A stretch of 58,885 bases of DNA, counting the filler, from Dirinaria sp. TL-2023a (Eukaryota): the NCBI GenBank assembly GCA_051941275.1. It is 2 parts of 2 records of this genome, joined end to end, with 100 filler letters (N's around TTAATTAATTAA, not from the genome) between each part and the next. Parts side by side here need not be neighbours in the genome. Positions count along the whole stretch, not along the records: positions 1 to 29,437 come from JAVEBF010000115.1; 1 more part is not named here. One strand, written 5' to 3'. Positions 12,000 through 25,293 of the stretch are shown here, piece by piece. Both the position numbers and the translations under genes were made by a program. A model generated the notes under the pieces. The model was not told where the DNA came from, did no database searches, and saw only the letters and a program-made list of their open reading frames with translations. Position 1 is the first letter of the stretch. Each line of letters starts with the position of its first letter.

Positions 12000-14900
12000 T
12001 TCCCTGAAACGCCGTCTTCGGGTCTTGAATCCCAGACTGCCTTCTAATCTCCCCTTTTCGCTACTTCATTTCCTATGCCATGTGAGACAATTTACTCGGC
12101 GATGCATCATGGCGCACTTTTTTAGTCATACGTGAGCGATGTCTGCACATGAAAGGCATCGATCCATGCTGGGCTATACTCGCATTGTGGTGGTTGGTGG
12201 TATAGCGTGAGAGCCACCAATATGTATAAAAGTTTCACTTCCAAAATATATATTAGCGGCCCCCGAAGGCGCTGCGTGAAACTATGTTCTGCCGGGCCTC
12301 CAAATGACTCGCGCGGTGATTTCCTCGAATGCTACTTACTCACCAAGAGAAGATCACATTAAACTCTAGTGAGCGTCTTTTACTTTAAGGGCTACGTGCA
12401 TCGTATTCAAGGCGGTCTGAACGGCGTCTTCGAAGCGTGTCATTGCTAGCTGCTATTTCTATCCGCTCATTCGTTCATTCGGTCGCAAGCGATCGCTAGA
12501 GCCTGCAGAGAATCACAATGGACGAAGTAACCGTACTTCCCGTAAGGCCTCTGCATGCGGACTCGGGTTCACTGCCGTTGCCAAATGACTATGGTGGGAT
12601 CGTACGACCAGCACTTTTTGGGTGGATTATCCTCACGCACCCGCCAACCTCATTGCCATTGTGAGCTGCCCAAAGTATGAAGACCACTTGAGCCTAACAG
12701 CAGTTGTCGATCTGAATCGCCGCTTTGGCGGCTTGCCACCCTGCATTACGCCTTCAGACAGAGGGCGAGCCCCAGTACAACCGGCTGAGAGCATTCTCGG
12801 CGATGCCAGGTCCCTTGTGCCATCAGCGCTAATGACACCACGGAAAGCAATGGTGATTTCACGCGCGCACAAAAAACAAAATCTTGCTCCCTTCTTTGCG
12901 CGGTCACATGAGCAACAACAGACGGATTCGGCCTTTGGTCGATAGAGGACCCCTGACCATTCGCTCGTCAGTCAAGCGCAACATTGCCAGCCCGTTTTCA
13001 AAATTGCAAATCCCGCAAGCCGAAGAGCAGATATCCATCATAATCTCGGGTGCGCATTTCGGCGGTGGAACCGTTACTTTCGGGCATTTGGCACGTGTGC
13101 GACTATCTGGAAGTGAAAGCGACAACAGTAAGCTGTCCGGCAGCATCTCACTGATTGCGTAAGGTACCGTGTAACTCTTCTCGTAGATCGTAGGTCTTGA
13201 GGATCTCAGGAGGAGTTCGAGCGCCAGAAGCTACCAGTCCTTCTCTGCACGTAGTGGTTGGTCCGAGAAGGTTCCACGTCATTGTCCGCTTCTTGAGAGA
13301 ATGCTACTTTAGTGGGCCATTCGGGCGGCCAAAGGCCAACGCATAAGCCGAGTGCTTGTCGAGCATGAAGCAGAGGTTGGATGGTCCATGCAAGCCTCCC
13401 TGACGGGGGATTTCGTACAGTTGCTGATAAGATAATCAGCACAGCATCCCACGTCCCACGTTTTAACGGCCATGTACTTCCGTACGACTTTGGCTGGAGG
13501 AGATGCACGACATCCAGCTTCCCCCTGAGCCCGGGTCTGGGGTTGGTTAGCCTTTGGATCCATGCTTTGCCTAACCCCTGATTTGGGATGCTGGAGAGAA
13601 AGCTTACCCTTTTGTGTGGCAATCGCGGTCACGGGAGCAATTTTTCTCGCAGTCGCTACCTCACCTCACCAAACTTACTACCCGCTAGGTAAGGTCGGTA
13701 CTCAACTCGAGACGGACCGCAGAAACCGCCCGGGTCTCCCAGCGTCCAAAGCATCTCCGATTCTGCCATGGCCCGTCATAAGGCAGCGCCGATCTCTGAT
13801 GAATTGGCCGGTCCAGTGTCCACGCTTCAGAACGTTGCTGTCGTCATGGAGCTGGGACTGTTGCTGGGACCGCGCGTGAGCACTGAGCAATTGTGGGTGT
13901 GGAGCCTGGATCAGCAATTAGAGCAGACGTAAAAGGCCAGATGCAGCGCAGCTCAAACGCTGGCCTTTGGTTCCTGCGGCCGTGTCAAAGTGCCCAATTG
14001 AACGGGTCGAAAGTGCTCCCATGACCCATCACCGCAAGCCTCCTCACTCTAAATCCATTGCTAGCGCTGCCAACCGAGAACATGACTTCGTTCCCCCTCT
14101 CCTCGTAGCCTGTTCCTTTGCAGATTGAAACACGCGAAATGCGAAATGCAAGATACATATGATTCTCTAGGAGGAAAAAAAAAAAAAAATTGCCCATTCT
14201 TCCCATCAACTTTTTTGTTTTATTCGTGAACATTGAATGTCCTTGAACCGTCGCCCTGACCGTCCAGTCCCAAGGTGCAATCACGCCTGAGCCCCTCCGT
14301 TCCCCCCCCGAACTCAATCACAAGCATTGGCAATCGTGTGGCCTTGAGTGGAAGATAGTCCGGTGGCTTGCCGCTGGTGCCCGCAGCTCTCCCCCCCCTT
14401 CTCGATTTCTGCTTGCTCCCAGCAAGGTGTGCTATTGCCAGAAAACTCGAGGTGTTGATCAAAGCTATTTCGAGAGCATTCATCACCCTGTTTGCTCACG
14501 GACAAGCTGCAGAGAGCTCAGCCTCATCCAACCTCGGGTCACGATCGAACAACACTTCGACCGCCACACTTCCTCCTACAATATATCCTTAAACACAACA
14601 ATAGATCGTTTCAAACTTTTCGCATCTTGAAGAACATCCGCTCGTGTGCCGCGTTCCTTGCAGGTCCATCCACAGTGTACTTCTGCTTGTATACATTCAC
14701 GGGAAGCGTCAATCCCTGTTCCGCTACCGTTCGTGCAGACCCTCATTTGGAGCATTCAACCACCTTCATACTAGAAGAGCTTGAGAACTTCTCTGCATAC
14801 TGGACCTGCGCAGGTGGACTCGGAGAATTGTTGCATGTCGAGGAGTAGAACAACGATCTGACCGAACTTCTGGCCCGGGCTCGCAGCCTGATCAGCAAAA

Positions 14901-15204
14901 CATCGAGATCCCCCCCGACTACACAGTCAACCACCACGTCGTCAATCACCCCTCGCCTACATAATCAAAACACACCCACCTTCCAGCAACTAGTCCAGAT
15001 AAGGACTTCGCGCCCTATTTAAGGCCTTCACCTCACTTTGATCCTCCTCTTCCCATTTCACCTTCCATCTTCAAGTTCACCGAGCTTCAACTTCGCCCAG
15101 GACGGACTCTATCAAGTTCCTTAAGCTGTCTCGTCACCAACTCTTGAACTCAAGTCCTCCATACTCCCGATAGCAGAGCATACGGCTGGTTTGACCTCAT
15201 CATC

Positions 15205-16721
15205 ATGTCGACACAGGCCCGCCCGTCGGGGTTCTCCAGCTTGCGCATGGGAGGTAAAGAACATCAACATAGAAAATTTGAAAACGCGCGCGCTGACAAA
15301 AGGACAGAGGTGATTCGCGAGAAAGTTCAGGATGGCCTCACCGGCGAGACTAAAGAAATGCAATACACTCAGTGCAAGATCGTCGGCAATGGATCCTTCG
15401 GAGTTGTCTTCCAAACCAAGCTCTCCCCAAATGGGGAAGACGCAGCAATCAAGCGTGTCCTTCAGGATAAGCGCTTCAAGGTATGTACTTAGAAAGTAAG
15501 CTTCATGGCATGCAACATAAAGTGATGGGAATAGAATCGCGAGCTTCAAATCATGCGTATCGTCCGCCACCCGAACATAGTAGAGCTCAAAGCATTCTAC
15601 TATTCTAATGGAGAGCGTGTAAGTGAAATGAACGTCCAATTTGGGCCACATCGGCTGACAGTGAAATGAAATCTTAGAAGGATGAGGTCTACCTTAACTT
15701 GGTTCTGGAGTTTGTCCCCGAGACTGTGTATCGTGCTTCGCGTTTCTTTAATAAGATGAAGACCACGATGCCTATCTTGGAGATCAAGATTTACATCTAC
15801 CAACTGTTCCGCTCGCTGGCCTACATCCATTCGCAGGGTATCTGTCATCGTGACATCAAACCCCAGAACCTGCTACTTGACCCAAATACTGGTGTCTTGA
15901 AGCTGTGCGACTTTGGTAGCGCCAAAATCCTGGTGGAAAACGAGCCCAATGTATCGTATATATGCTCTCGCTACTACCGTGCTCCGGAGTTGATCTTCGG
16001 GGCTACCAACTACACGACCAAAATCGGTAAGTCGAGCCTTCTGATTCAATCGTCAGTTTATCATACTAAGTATGGTTTGTAGATGTCTGGTCGACTGGTT
16101 GCGTGATGGCGGAGTTGATGTTGGGCCAGCCTTTGTTTCCGGGCGAATCTGGAATCGACCAGCTAGTGGAGATCATCAAGGTACTAGGAACACCGACCCG
16201 CGAACAGATTCGTACCATGAACCCCAATTATATGGAGCACAAGTTCCCACAGATCAAGCCTCATCCATTTAATAAGGTAAGTCGTCAGGCTAGTTTGTTT
16301 CAGGGTTACTTTATACTCACTATTCGAATTTAGGTCTTTCGTAAAGCCTCACCTGAAGCTATCGATCTCATTTCGGCTTTGCTCGAGTACACTCCGACGC
16401 AGCGTCTCTCGGCTGTTGATGCTATGATTCATCCATTCTTCGACGAGCTTCGTGATCCCCACTGTCGATTCCCGGATTCGCGTCACCCAAATGGTGGATC
16501 CAAAGAGCTACCTCGTCTCTTCGACTTTTCCAAGCACGGTAAGCCTAGAGTTATAGCTTGGCTTGACTTATGCTAATGCATCCGCAGAGCTTTCTATCGC
16601 TCCTGACAAGAATCTCCGCTTGGTTCCTCCTCATGAGCGTAGAAACCTAGCAGCCCAGGGACTCGACCTGGAAGGCTTCGTGCCTCTGAGCAAGGAAGAG
16701 ATGATGGCGCGCCTGGACTAG
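15205..16721 (+). CDS. GSK3: Glycogen synthase kinase 3 (GSK3/RIM11 family), 7 exons
   Basis: [55 protein letters not shown]. Ends EEMMARLD* (TAG at 16719-16721). Confidence 0.97.
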
Positions 16722-17860
16722 TACTATATCGACGCGATACGCATAACGAAGTGAACGTCATCGATATTGAAACATGGTCCGGCCTGGCGTTTACCACCAT
16801 CAGTTGTTCCCCATGGAGCCAGCTGTCTTCTGCAAACAGCGCTTTAGCGATGTCAGACTTGATGTCTACGACAGTACTGCAATGGAACAAAAGTGCGGGC
16901 TGCTTTTTCTCAAGCAGCTATTCTCAGATATCATGGGCAAAAGCATGGGAATCGACTCTCTGTGTGTGCTTCAGCAACTACAGTATGTGGAGCTTGCACA
17001 CACGAGCAGGAGTCATTAGGATGGAAAAAAAGAGCAACGGCCGTGGACTGCGAGGGTTTCAATGGTATAGCACGCTTCACACGAAGTAGCAATAGTGCTT
17101 CCATGCTTATTTGGCAGCCTGACACTATCCACCCAAGCAAGTCAAACATGTTTCCCCTCTCTACTCGTACATTTTCCTATGCTCTTCTACCCCATACACT
17201 TCTGCAATGCAGAATAGCCTGGCCTTGCTCTTCCCCGACGGCCTTGATTTCAGAAGATAGCAAATAACAAGATTGCCGTTTCATCCACACCCGTGATATG
17301 ATTCTAGAAAATGATCTGAGATCGGCAGGACCGCAGACAGCTGTCAGAAGCACACAGCCCAGGATACCAAAGCCTCGAAAATGGACATGGGCATGTCCTG
17401 CTCAGGATCGTAGCTCCATGACATACCGCTTGTACCTAGCCTACTTCTTCTTTGACCACTCTATGCCGCCCACCTCCCGCATCCACTTTCCGAGCCCTTC
17501 ATTTGTAGCGAAAACGCCTGTACCAATCCTTGACAAAGCAACCCTCGAAAAGTAGTAAGATGAAATACGAATCTGTAAAAGTACATGTAGGTAAGGTACT
17601 AAAACTCCACCTCAGCAAACCAATGCCAAGACGCTACTCAATTCGAAATGGCTGCCCTGTCTTCCTGTCTCGCCTGTCTCGCCTGTGAGCCTGTTTGCAG
17701 TTTGCACTCTGGATAGGGCTTGGCGCGTTTAGTGTCCGAATTTTCCGGCGAACAGGCTCCTGGCCCGGTGGCCCCTTTGACCCCCCTGACCCTCATTTTA
17801 CGCTACTGGTAAGTACAGCAAGGTAAATCCGATGCTCATCCACGTCAAGCAAGAGCAATC

Positions 17861-20682
17861 ATGGCGGATCACGATCGAAGGAACGGCCCACCTCGAGGAG
17901 GCTACAACAATCGTAAGCGGCGCCATCGAGGTAAATCTACTACGGCATCTTCAAACATGGTTACAGAGCTAAGATGTTGGTAGACGATGATGAATATGAT
18001 CGGCGCCCGCAGCGACGGAGGTATGAGGAGCCGCTGCACGTCAAAGTACAAAAGCAGTTGTTAGGGATTGCAGAATCGGTACAGAATGAACCTATCACTT
18101 GCAAGCACTCATGGCTAATGATAGAACAGCCCCTGAAGAAGACTGAAGACGAGATCACCAATATCGCCAGAATAGTATCTGAAGGTTATGAAGACGAAAA
18201 GATAAGGAATACATATCTCGAACTCACGGTGCAGTTGTATGTACACCGATGAATCCTATCGAGATCGAGCTTATTCATCAAACAGAGTCACTGAACAGCC
18301 ATTCAAGATACCATTCGTCGCTGCTACGGTCCTTGCCGTCAACGCAAGTAAGCCCGAAGTCGCGCAAGAAATCCTTGCCAGATCGGCAGTAGGTATCCAA
18401 GGTCATCTGAAGGCTGGGGCATGGCGAGAAGTCAAGCTTGTGTTGCGCTTTCTAGGATGCATGCAGGACATGCTGGATGGAGATGGAATATTCCCCGTAC
18501 TCGACGAGTTGTTTTCGAGTGCCGCTGACTTACAAACTGCCTCGTCGGAAGATGTAAGTGAGAAATCTCGATTTTCGTCGATCGAACTAATCGAGTCCTC
18601 TGAAGAGCCTGGGCCTCGAATTAGTCAAAATCATCCTCCTCACAATACCATACCTCATGTCATCTCCAGCGACAGGTCTCGAGAAACAGGCTACCGATAT
18701 TCTAGAAAAAACTGATATCATTGCCTCAGCACCTCACGCTCTAGAAGCGCTAGTCGCTCCCTACCCAGGTTTTGGGGAGGAAGGTGCGCAAGAACCTCAG
18801 AGCATCATCGGACTATTGCAGCAACAGTTACAAGCTGAATCTGAGAACGGTTGGCAACTGTCTTGCCTGCCTCGGCCTTGGAGAGTCGAATCAGCAGAGG
18901 ATAGTCTGAACTCTGTATCGGGCAGTACCAAGCACGCTTTACCAGCAATCACTATTCCTTCGCCAGTAGCCTCAGGACCCCGACCCAAACTACCGGAGAT
19001 ATATTTCTCTGTATACGTTGACCAGGATATCGAGACTGTGCCACCATCATCCGACTTAGCTTCGTCCATCGTCCGTGATGCCCTCATCGACACCATCAAT
19101 ATACTGGACTATAATCGCAATGCAACAGCAAAGTTTCTGATCGATCTCGATTGCTACTTCTCACCTAACACATTCGTCAAACGCGCGACCCCTTTCGATC
19201 GACTGAAGGAGGTCGAGGATGGAAAATCGATTTGGAAGCCTGAGGATGTAGCCGTTGACGCAGTCTTCTCCCAACTTTTCCAGCTGCCCATGCCCGAACA
19301 CAAACTTGTCTACTACCACTCAGTGCTGACGGAGGCTTGCAAAATCGCTCCAGCGGCGATTGCCCCAAGTCTTGGGCGAGCAATAAGGTTTTTATACAAG
19401 AACGTTGACTCCATGGACCTAGAATTAGGGTACAGATTCATGGACTGGTTCTCCCATCATCTGAGTAACTTCGGATTCACATGGAAATGGACGGAGTGGC
19501 ATGCCTTCCTTCCCTTGTTGAGTGATCGAAGCTGACGCGGGTTAGGGTCGACGACGCCCCTTTGGCCCTGGTCTATCCTAAGAAGGCGTTCATGGTAGGC
19601 GCTTTAGAAAAAGAGATTCGTCTGAGCTTTGCCCAGAGGATTCGGGGAACCCTTCCAGAGCCTTACCACCCTCTAATCTCGAAAGCTAAGGGAGAGGATC
19701 CCCCAGAGTTCAAATACGTTGCCGACCGTATGATGATCCGAGCTATTTACACATGCTGCGGAGAGTGCGCTAACTTGCCACAGAGACGCCATACGCACCG
19801 CAAGGCCGTGAGATCCATCGACTGCTCTGCGATAAAGCTCCAGACCCGCAGCTCCAAGAGCGCATGAATTCGATCGAAGAGGAAGCATCCTCGCTCGGTC
19901 TTTCCGATCCTCTGCCAGCGTCTACTGATGCTCTAGTAACCTCGATCCTCTGTGTCGGCGCTAAGTCTCTTTCCCACGTACTCTCCTGCATCGAGCGTAC
20001 CAAGGCCCTCCTGCTGGACATTAGTGCACGGTCAGAAAGTGCACAGCGCCAGATTATAACCAGTGTCATGGAGTACTGGGCTGAGAAGCCAGGCACGGGC
20101 ATCAATATCGTGGATAAGCTACTCAACTACACGATTCTCAGTCCAAGAAGTGTCATCCTTTGGGCTTTGGGGGATAAGCTTGGGAAAGGAGAGCATCTAT
20201 GTCAATCTCACCTTTACGAAATGGTGAGTGTGACTCTGTACAAAGTCACGAACCGAGTCCGTCAAATCGTCATCGCGAGAAACGCACCTGCGCTGCCTGT
20301 GGATCAGCGAAGTCTGCTAGACGAGACTCTCGAGAAGGAACGGGGTGAAATGCGGACGCTGTTTGGAGTAGTGGAAGATGCATTGCTCGGTGTGGCTGAG
20401 GGAACAGTGGACGCCATGGCCGAAAGCGCCGATCAAGATGAGAATGGAGAAACCATGCTGAGAGCTTGGGGAGCACGATGGCTGAGAGTTTTCAGGAGGA
20501 AGATGGCCGTCGAAGAGGCCCTAATAGGAGAAATGTTAGACGCTGGACCGAAGGGTGACGACTTTGAAATGCAGGAGGGAGACGTTGTCAACATGAGCGA
20601 CAATACAAATGGCGCTGGTCTCAGTGGCCTCGGCAACGGGGTTCCGGCCATTGAGGAAGAGGTTCAGGACGAGATTTCATAG
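17861..20682 (+). CDS. STO1: Nuclear cap-binding complex large subunit CBP80 (Sto1/Cbc1), multi-exon
   Basis: N-terminal NLS-like RKRRHR; EQPFKIPFVA; WFSHHLSNFGFTWKW; KEIRLSFAQRI; GAKSLSH (MIF4G-like repeats). Confidence 0.92.
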
Positions 20683-21026
20683 GGAGGGTCAACCATGAGA
20701 CCAATTCGGCGTGTTTTCGAGGTCGACAATTAGCGTCTTCTAGCGAAATGCACGTTGTTTGCATAGTTGTAAAACAAAACAAGATACAGGCGCTTTCCAA
20801 AATGTCAGTGCTTTTCCTTATGTTCCGTGGGCTTGTCAGAATAGACTCCATGCAGTTTTGCGGAAGCAACTTGAACTCTGAATACGTGTACATCAGGGTC
20901 CTTTCAGGGTTCATAGGGTAGTTCGCGGCTGCAGTCCAGGCAAAATATCTTACCTCACTACATAAGCCTACATCTTCAGTTTCAAAGGAAATGGAATGAA
21001 TGAGTTGCAGCTGCAAGTTACCGAGA

Positions 21027-21982
21027 ATGGCGAACCCTCTCTCAGCTGGTATTCTCAATGACGTTCTTTCAGACGAACAAATTTACGAGCTGCTACGCAA
21101 TGCTGAGCATCGTCGGCGAGGCCAGGTAGTAGCTTCTTCCCCGCAAAACGCTGTGCAATCTATCAACAGGTCAGTTTCATTTCACAATCGGTTCTCCGCT
21201 TGATCCTTACACTTTACTAGGAATACCACTCTTGGTACAGGAAAGATAGCCCAACCTTACGTGGCTACGAAGAATGGCATTGCACACGCGGATACTCCTC
21301 GCCTGCTGAGTGATAAGGACCGCCAGCTAGCGGGCAAGGTCCGACGTGTCGAAGACCCAGCGAAAGCGAGAGAAAAAGCTGCAAAGGTCGGTAGAAGAAC
21401 TCTGAAGCAAAGGCCCCTTGGACTGCCTATGAGCGAAAATTCCAAAATTTGGCTTGACGCAGAAATCTCGGTCTCGTCTTGGGAACCGCTCTGCACCGCT
21501 GAGAGTATACATTTACATAGTTACTCTGAGGCGCATTTAGAAAAGACGTTTTCTTAAACCATTTGCTGTTTGCATGGGCATAGCTGATCCTTTTCTAGGA
21601 GAAGAAGGCTACTGCTGGCTCCGACTGGTTCAACCTCCCCAAAACCAAGCTTACTCCAGAGCTCAAGCGAGACCTCCAACTGCTGAAGATGAGAAATGTG
21701 CTCGATCCAAAACGCCACTATAAAAAAGAGAGTGGGAAGCTCCGACCACCGGAATTTTCGCAAGTGGGTACCATAATCGAGGGACCGACAGAATTCTATA
21801 GCTCTAGGCTGCCGCGCCGGGATAGAAAGAAGACGTTCGTGGAGGAGGTGCTTGCCGCTGAAGAGTCTACTGGGAGGTTCAAGAGCAAATACAATGATAT
21901 ACAAGCTTCGAAGGTTAGCGGCAAGAAGGCCTACTACAAGAAACTGATGGAGAAGCGGTCAAAAGGCAAGCAGAAGAGATAG
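21027..21982 (+). CDS. FCF2: Pre-rRNA processing protein Fcf2, 3 exons (introns 21170-21220 and 21387-21598)
   Basis: TAGSDWFNLPKT..TPELKRDLQLLKMRNVLDPKRHYKK..QVGTIIEGPTEFYSSRL is the Fcf2 domain. Confidence 0.92.
21425..21532 (+). ncRNA. Intronic box C/D snoRNA, snR63/SNORD46-like (predicted guide for LSU rRNA helix 69 Am2256, yeast numbering)
   Basis: Guide CATAGTTACT (21516-21525) directly precedes box D CTGA (21526-21529) and is antisense to rRNA AGUAACUAUG. Terminal stem GCCT/AGGC; degenerate box C ATGAGCGA at 21429; host intron is 212 nt. Confidence 0.75.
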
Positions 21983-22111
21983 TTCTAGGGAGGCCTCGAA
22001 TGCGAAGAATCTCGGTAACCGGTGCTGGGTTGAAATTCATTCGGTCACTCAAGTTGACCGGTTGGGTCAGCATTTTCAGATCTGGTACCAGCACCTAGGA
22101 CGGGCTTTCGA

Positions 22112-23361
22112 TCACAGCTGATTGGAGCTTAACACACTTTGAACAACGCCACGCACTAGTCGCTGCATCATATTAGCATGATGTTCTGAAGTGTTAATTC
22201 TTGCCGCTTACTTCGACGTCGGCGGCGGCTTCATGCCCAGCAGCTAAAACCTCTTCGTGGCTTGCTTTGCCTTCCTCTAAGGCCTTCGTCAGGTCGACCC
22301 GAATTGAGTTCCCAAATTCTGCGCTGTCTCCTCTGGGGCCCGCTTCCATTACCACCTGATTTGTGACAAGACTGAAGGCCAGAACGCTCATACTGCAGTG
22401 GCGTGCTACTATGATTTCAGGGACGGTTGACATCCCAACAAGGTCTGCCCCGAGCATTCGCAGCATGCGGCATTCTGCCCTAGTTTCGTAGCTACGGGCT
22501 ATTAGCGCTGTGGTGGATTGCAACGATACAAAACGTGGCCTACCTGGGCCCGCCCACGAAAGCGTAAATCCCTTCATGCAATTTCCTCTTGCCGGTTGCG
22601 TCGAGTCCTTGCCAAGTCTTGTGTGCCTGACGTCTAAGACCTAGCTCATATGCGTCTGAAAGAGGAGGAAAGCGCACACCGAAGTCATCAATGTTCGGTC
22701 CGCGAAGTGGATGATTGCCTGCCAGACCGGCAAGGTTGATGTGCTAGTACCCGATGAGCTTCCACTATAACTAAGTATGGACACTGTACATCATGAAGAA
22801 CGACTATATCGCCTACGACATAATCTGGGTTCAGGCCGCCAGCAGCATTGGTTACTGGAGTGCATCATCAGACGTGTGTGGAAAATACGGGCTCCAGCAT
22901 TTACCAACGACGGTGTTCACTCCGAGCAGTTTCATGAGGCGTATGGGGAAAGTGATCTCCTGAATCGAATGCCCTTCATAGTAACTGGCTCCGGTCAACA
23001 GCCGCTGTCAATGCTTGAAGGTCTCATCTGCTGACTGTACTCTGCCCACCATCAAGACGACTGGGCTCTGGCCTTCATTGAGAAAGCCGAACAGAAGCTT
23101 TCCAGCATGGCCGGCCACTATGACATCTTAGATCGGGCTTCCTGGACGATGGCATTCGTGCTATAAACCTGTGCTTTGCGGGAAAAATGGGATTTCGGCG
23201 TAGTTGATCTCAACTCTGGGATGAGGAAGTACAGTATTTGCTAGACCCCCGAGGCCTGAGCCACATATGATGCCGACAGAAGGCTTTTGTAGTTCTGGAA
23301 GCAATTGAGCTTGTACGAAATCCAGAGCCTTTGCCACATTTTGTCGTATCTGATCATCCAT
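22112..23361 (-). CDS. PNP1: Purine nucleoside phosphorylase, 7 exons
   Basis: [63 protein letters not shown]. Confidence 0.95.
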
Positions 23362-23680
23362 GAATTGCCTGAGTCTGGAGTATGGAAGAGATCTGTTAAA
23401 CTGAGATACAGCGCGAATGGTCACTCATTCTAACTCTGGCGTACATAGGTAAATTCGTTACGCTTCTGGCTGGACGACCACTTTTAGTATCGTGAGCATG
23501 TTTGTGCCCTGGGCTTGGCCGGTTGGGTTCCAAGACAATTCTGGAATAGCATGTCCTCAACAGCCGAAGAAAGGCCGCAGTGCTGAAGTTCTGCATGCAC
23601 AGCGCATTTATTATTTGTTGTGCAGCACCGCAAGCTCTCGACATTTCCCGTTGGCAGTCGCCCCAGGGACTCACGGCATC

Positions 23681-24838
23681 ATGTCTGGTGCTAGGCACTG
23701 GTAAGTGGAAGCTTTTCGTCTGTGATACTCCAGCTAATGCCGGACAGGGAACAAGACAAGGAAGCTACGGTCTACATTGGCAATCTTGACGAGCGAGTCT
23801 CCGATAGCCTAGTATGGGAGTTAATGTTGCAGGCTGGTCGCATAGTCAATGTGCACCTGCCCAAGGACCGTGTCACGATGACGCACCAAGGTTATGGCTT
23901 TGTGGAATTCATTAGCGAAGAAGATGCAGAGTACGCAGCTCGAATCATGAATCAAGTCCGGCTTTACGGGAAACCCATCCGCGTCAACAAGGCTTCAGCC
24001 GATAAACAGAAGACGGTCGAAGTAGGAGCAGAACTCTTTGTGGGCAACCTCGATCCTATGGTTACAGAACAGATCCTTTTTGATACTTTTGGTCGTTTTG
24101 GCAGCCTCATCACTGCGCCGAAGGTGCGTTGTCTGATCTCCGGTGTCCTTCTGCAGGGCTCATAATCGTTAGGTTGCACGCGACGACGCCAATCTCTCGA
24201 AAGGCTATGGCTTTATTTCTTTCTCCAATTTTGAGGCTTCAGACGAAGCGATAGCGAATATGAACGGGCAATATTTAATGAACAAGGAGATTTCCGTACA
24301 ATACGCATACAAGAAGGACGGGAAAGGCGAACGCCATGGCGACCAAGCAGAAAGAATGCTGGCAGCGCAAGCGAGGAAGCACAATGTGCAGCCAACGATC
24401 CAGCCAATACCAGCGCCTGTCTTTGCAGCAGGCGCTCCAAGTGCTCCAGTAGGGATGATGGACGGCGACAGTAGCCGTGTGGGGAACATGCCACCGGGTG
24501 GGCCAGCACCATACGTGAACGGGCGTGCAAACGTACCAAATGGTAATTACCAAAGCGTACCTCCGCCTCAAAGGCCGCCAGGACCATCTTCCCAGCCACT
24601 ACCAGCGCCACCATCGGGCTTACCGGCAAGGCCTCCCCCTTCCCAAGCTGGGTATGGAGGTCCTCAAGGTTTCCTTCCACCTGGGTTCAATCCTCCTCAG
24701 CAGCCAGGATTTCCTCCACAGGGCGCTGCACCACCTCCAGGGTTTGGTCCTCCTCCTGGCTTTGGTCCACCGCCTGGCCAAGCTCCTCCAGGATTATCTC
24801 CTGGATTCCAGCAGCCGGCTTATGGCAGAACTAGATGA
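23681..24838 (+). CDS. HSH49: Splicing factor SF3B4/SAP49 (Hsh49), two RRMs plus Pro-rich tail, 3 exons
   Basis: [52 protein letters not shown]. Confidence 0.95.
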
Positions 24839-25293
24839 GTAAGGGTGTATCATATCAGAAGCAAAGAAGGCTCCATATAAAGGATCTCGAAAACCAAAAA
24901 GCGAGCAGCGACACTCCAGTCGTGCACGCGACGCAATCCGGATTGCAGAGGTCGATGGTGTTCCAGGTGAGCTGGGAGGATGCACTATTTCGTTGTGTAG
25001 ATGACTAAACATGGCGAAGGACATATGAGGGATGACACTCCCGAAAGCTCGCAGTATAGGAGAAACGACCAGAAGGAGTTCAATGGAAAGAGCGTTCAAT
25101 CATATTGCAAATCAATGCTCGACATAGAGAGATTGCTGACGTATTGAGACGCTAATCAAAACCCAAAGCGCCATGCTCCCTCAATAAGTAGCTCCGGGTA
25201 GAAAGAGTGGTCCTTAATACGGTGTCGCATGCCATGGCTGTTTTTCGAAAGATCGTTCACAGGCCATCTGCGCCAGGCTTCCATGCCTTAGAG

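Noticed and set aside
12622..13917. Several 70-138 aa ORFs between TOM40 and GSK3
   Set aside because: Overlapping on both strands, mostly non-ATG starts, no recognisable protein features.
15121..15651. 176-aa antisense ORF over GSK3 (likewise antisense ORFs over TOM40, MDH and the MDR gene)
   Set aside because: Shadow ORFs produced by codon bias of the sense gene.
16719..17267. Stop readthrough or downstream ORFs after GSK3
   Set aside because: Readthrough would add only YYIDAIRITK, with no targeting signal or readthrough context; downstream ORFs look like 3' UTR noise.
17656..17697. Five CCTGT-core short repeats upstream of CBP80
   Set aside because: Short imperfect tandem repeat with no spacer structure; function cannot be supported.
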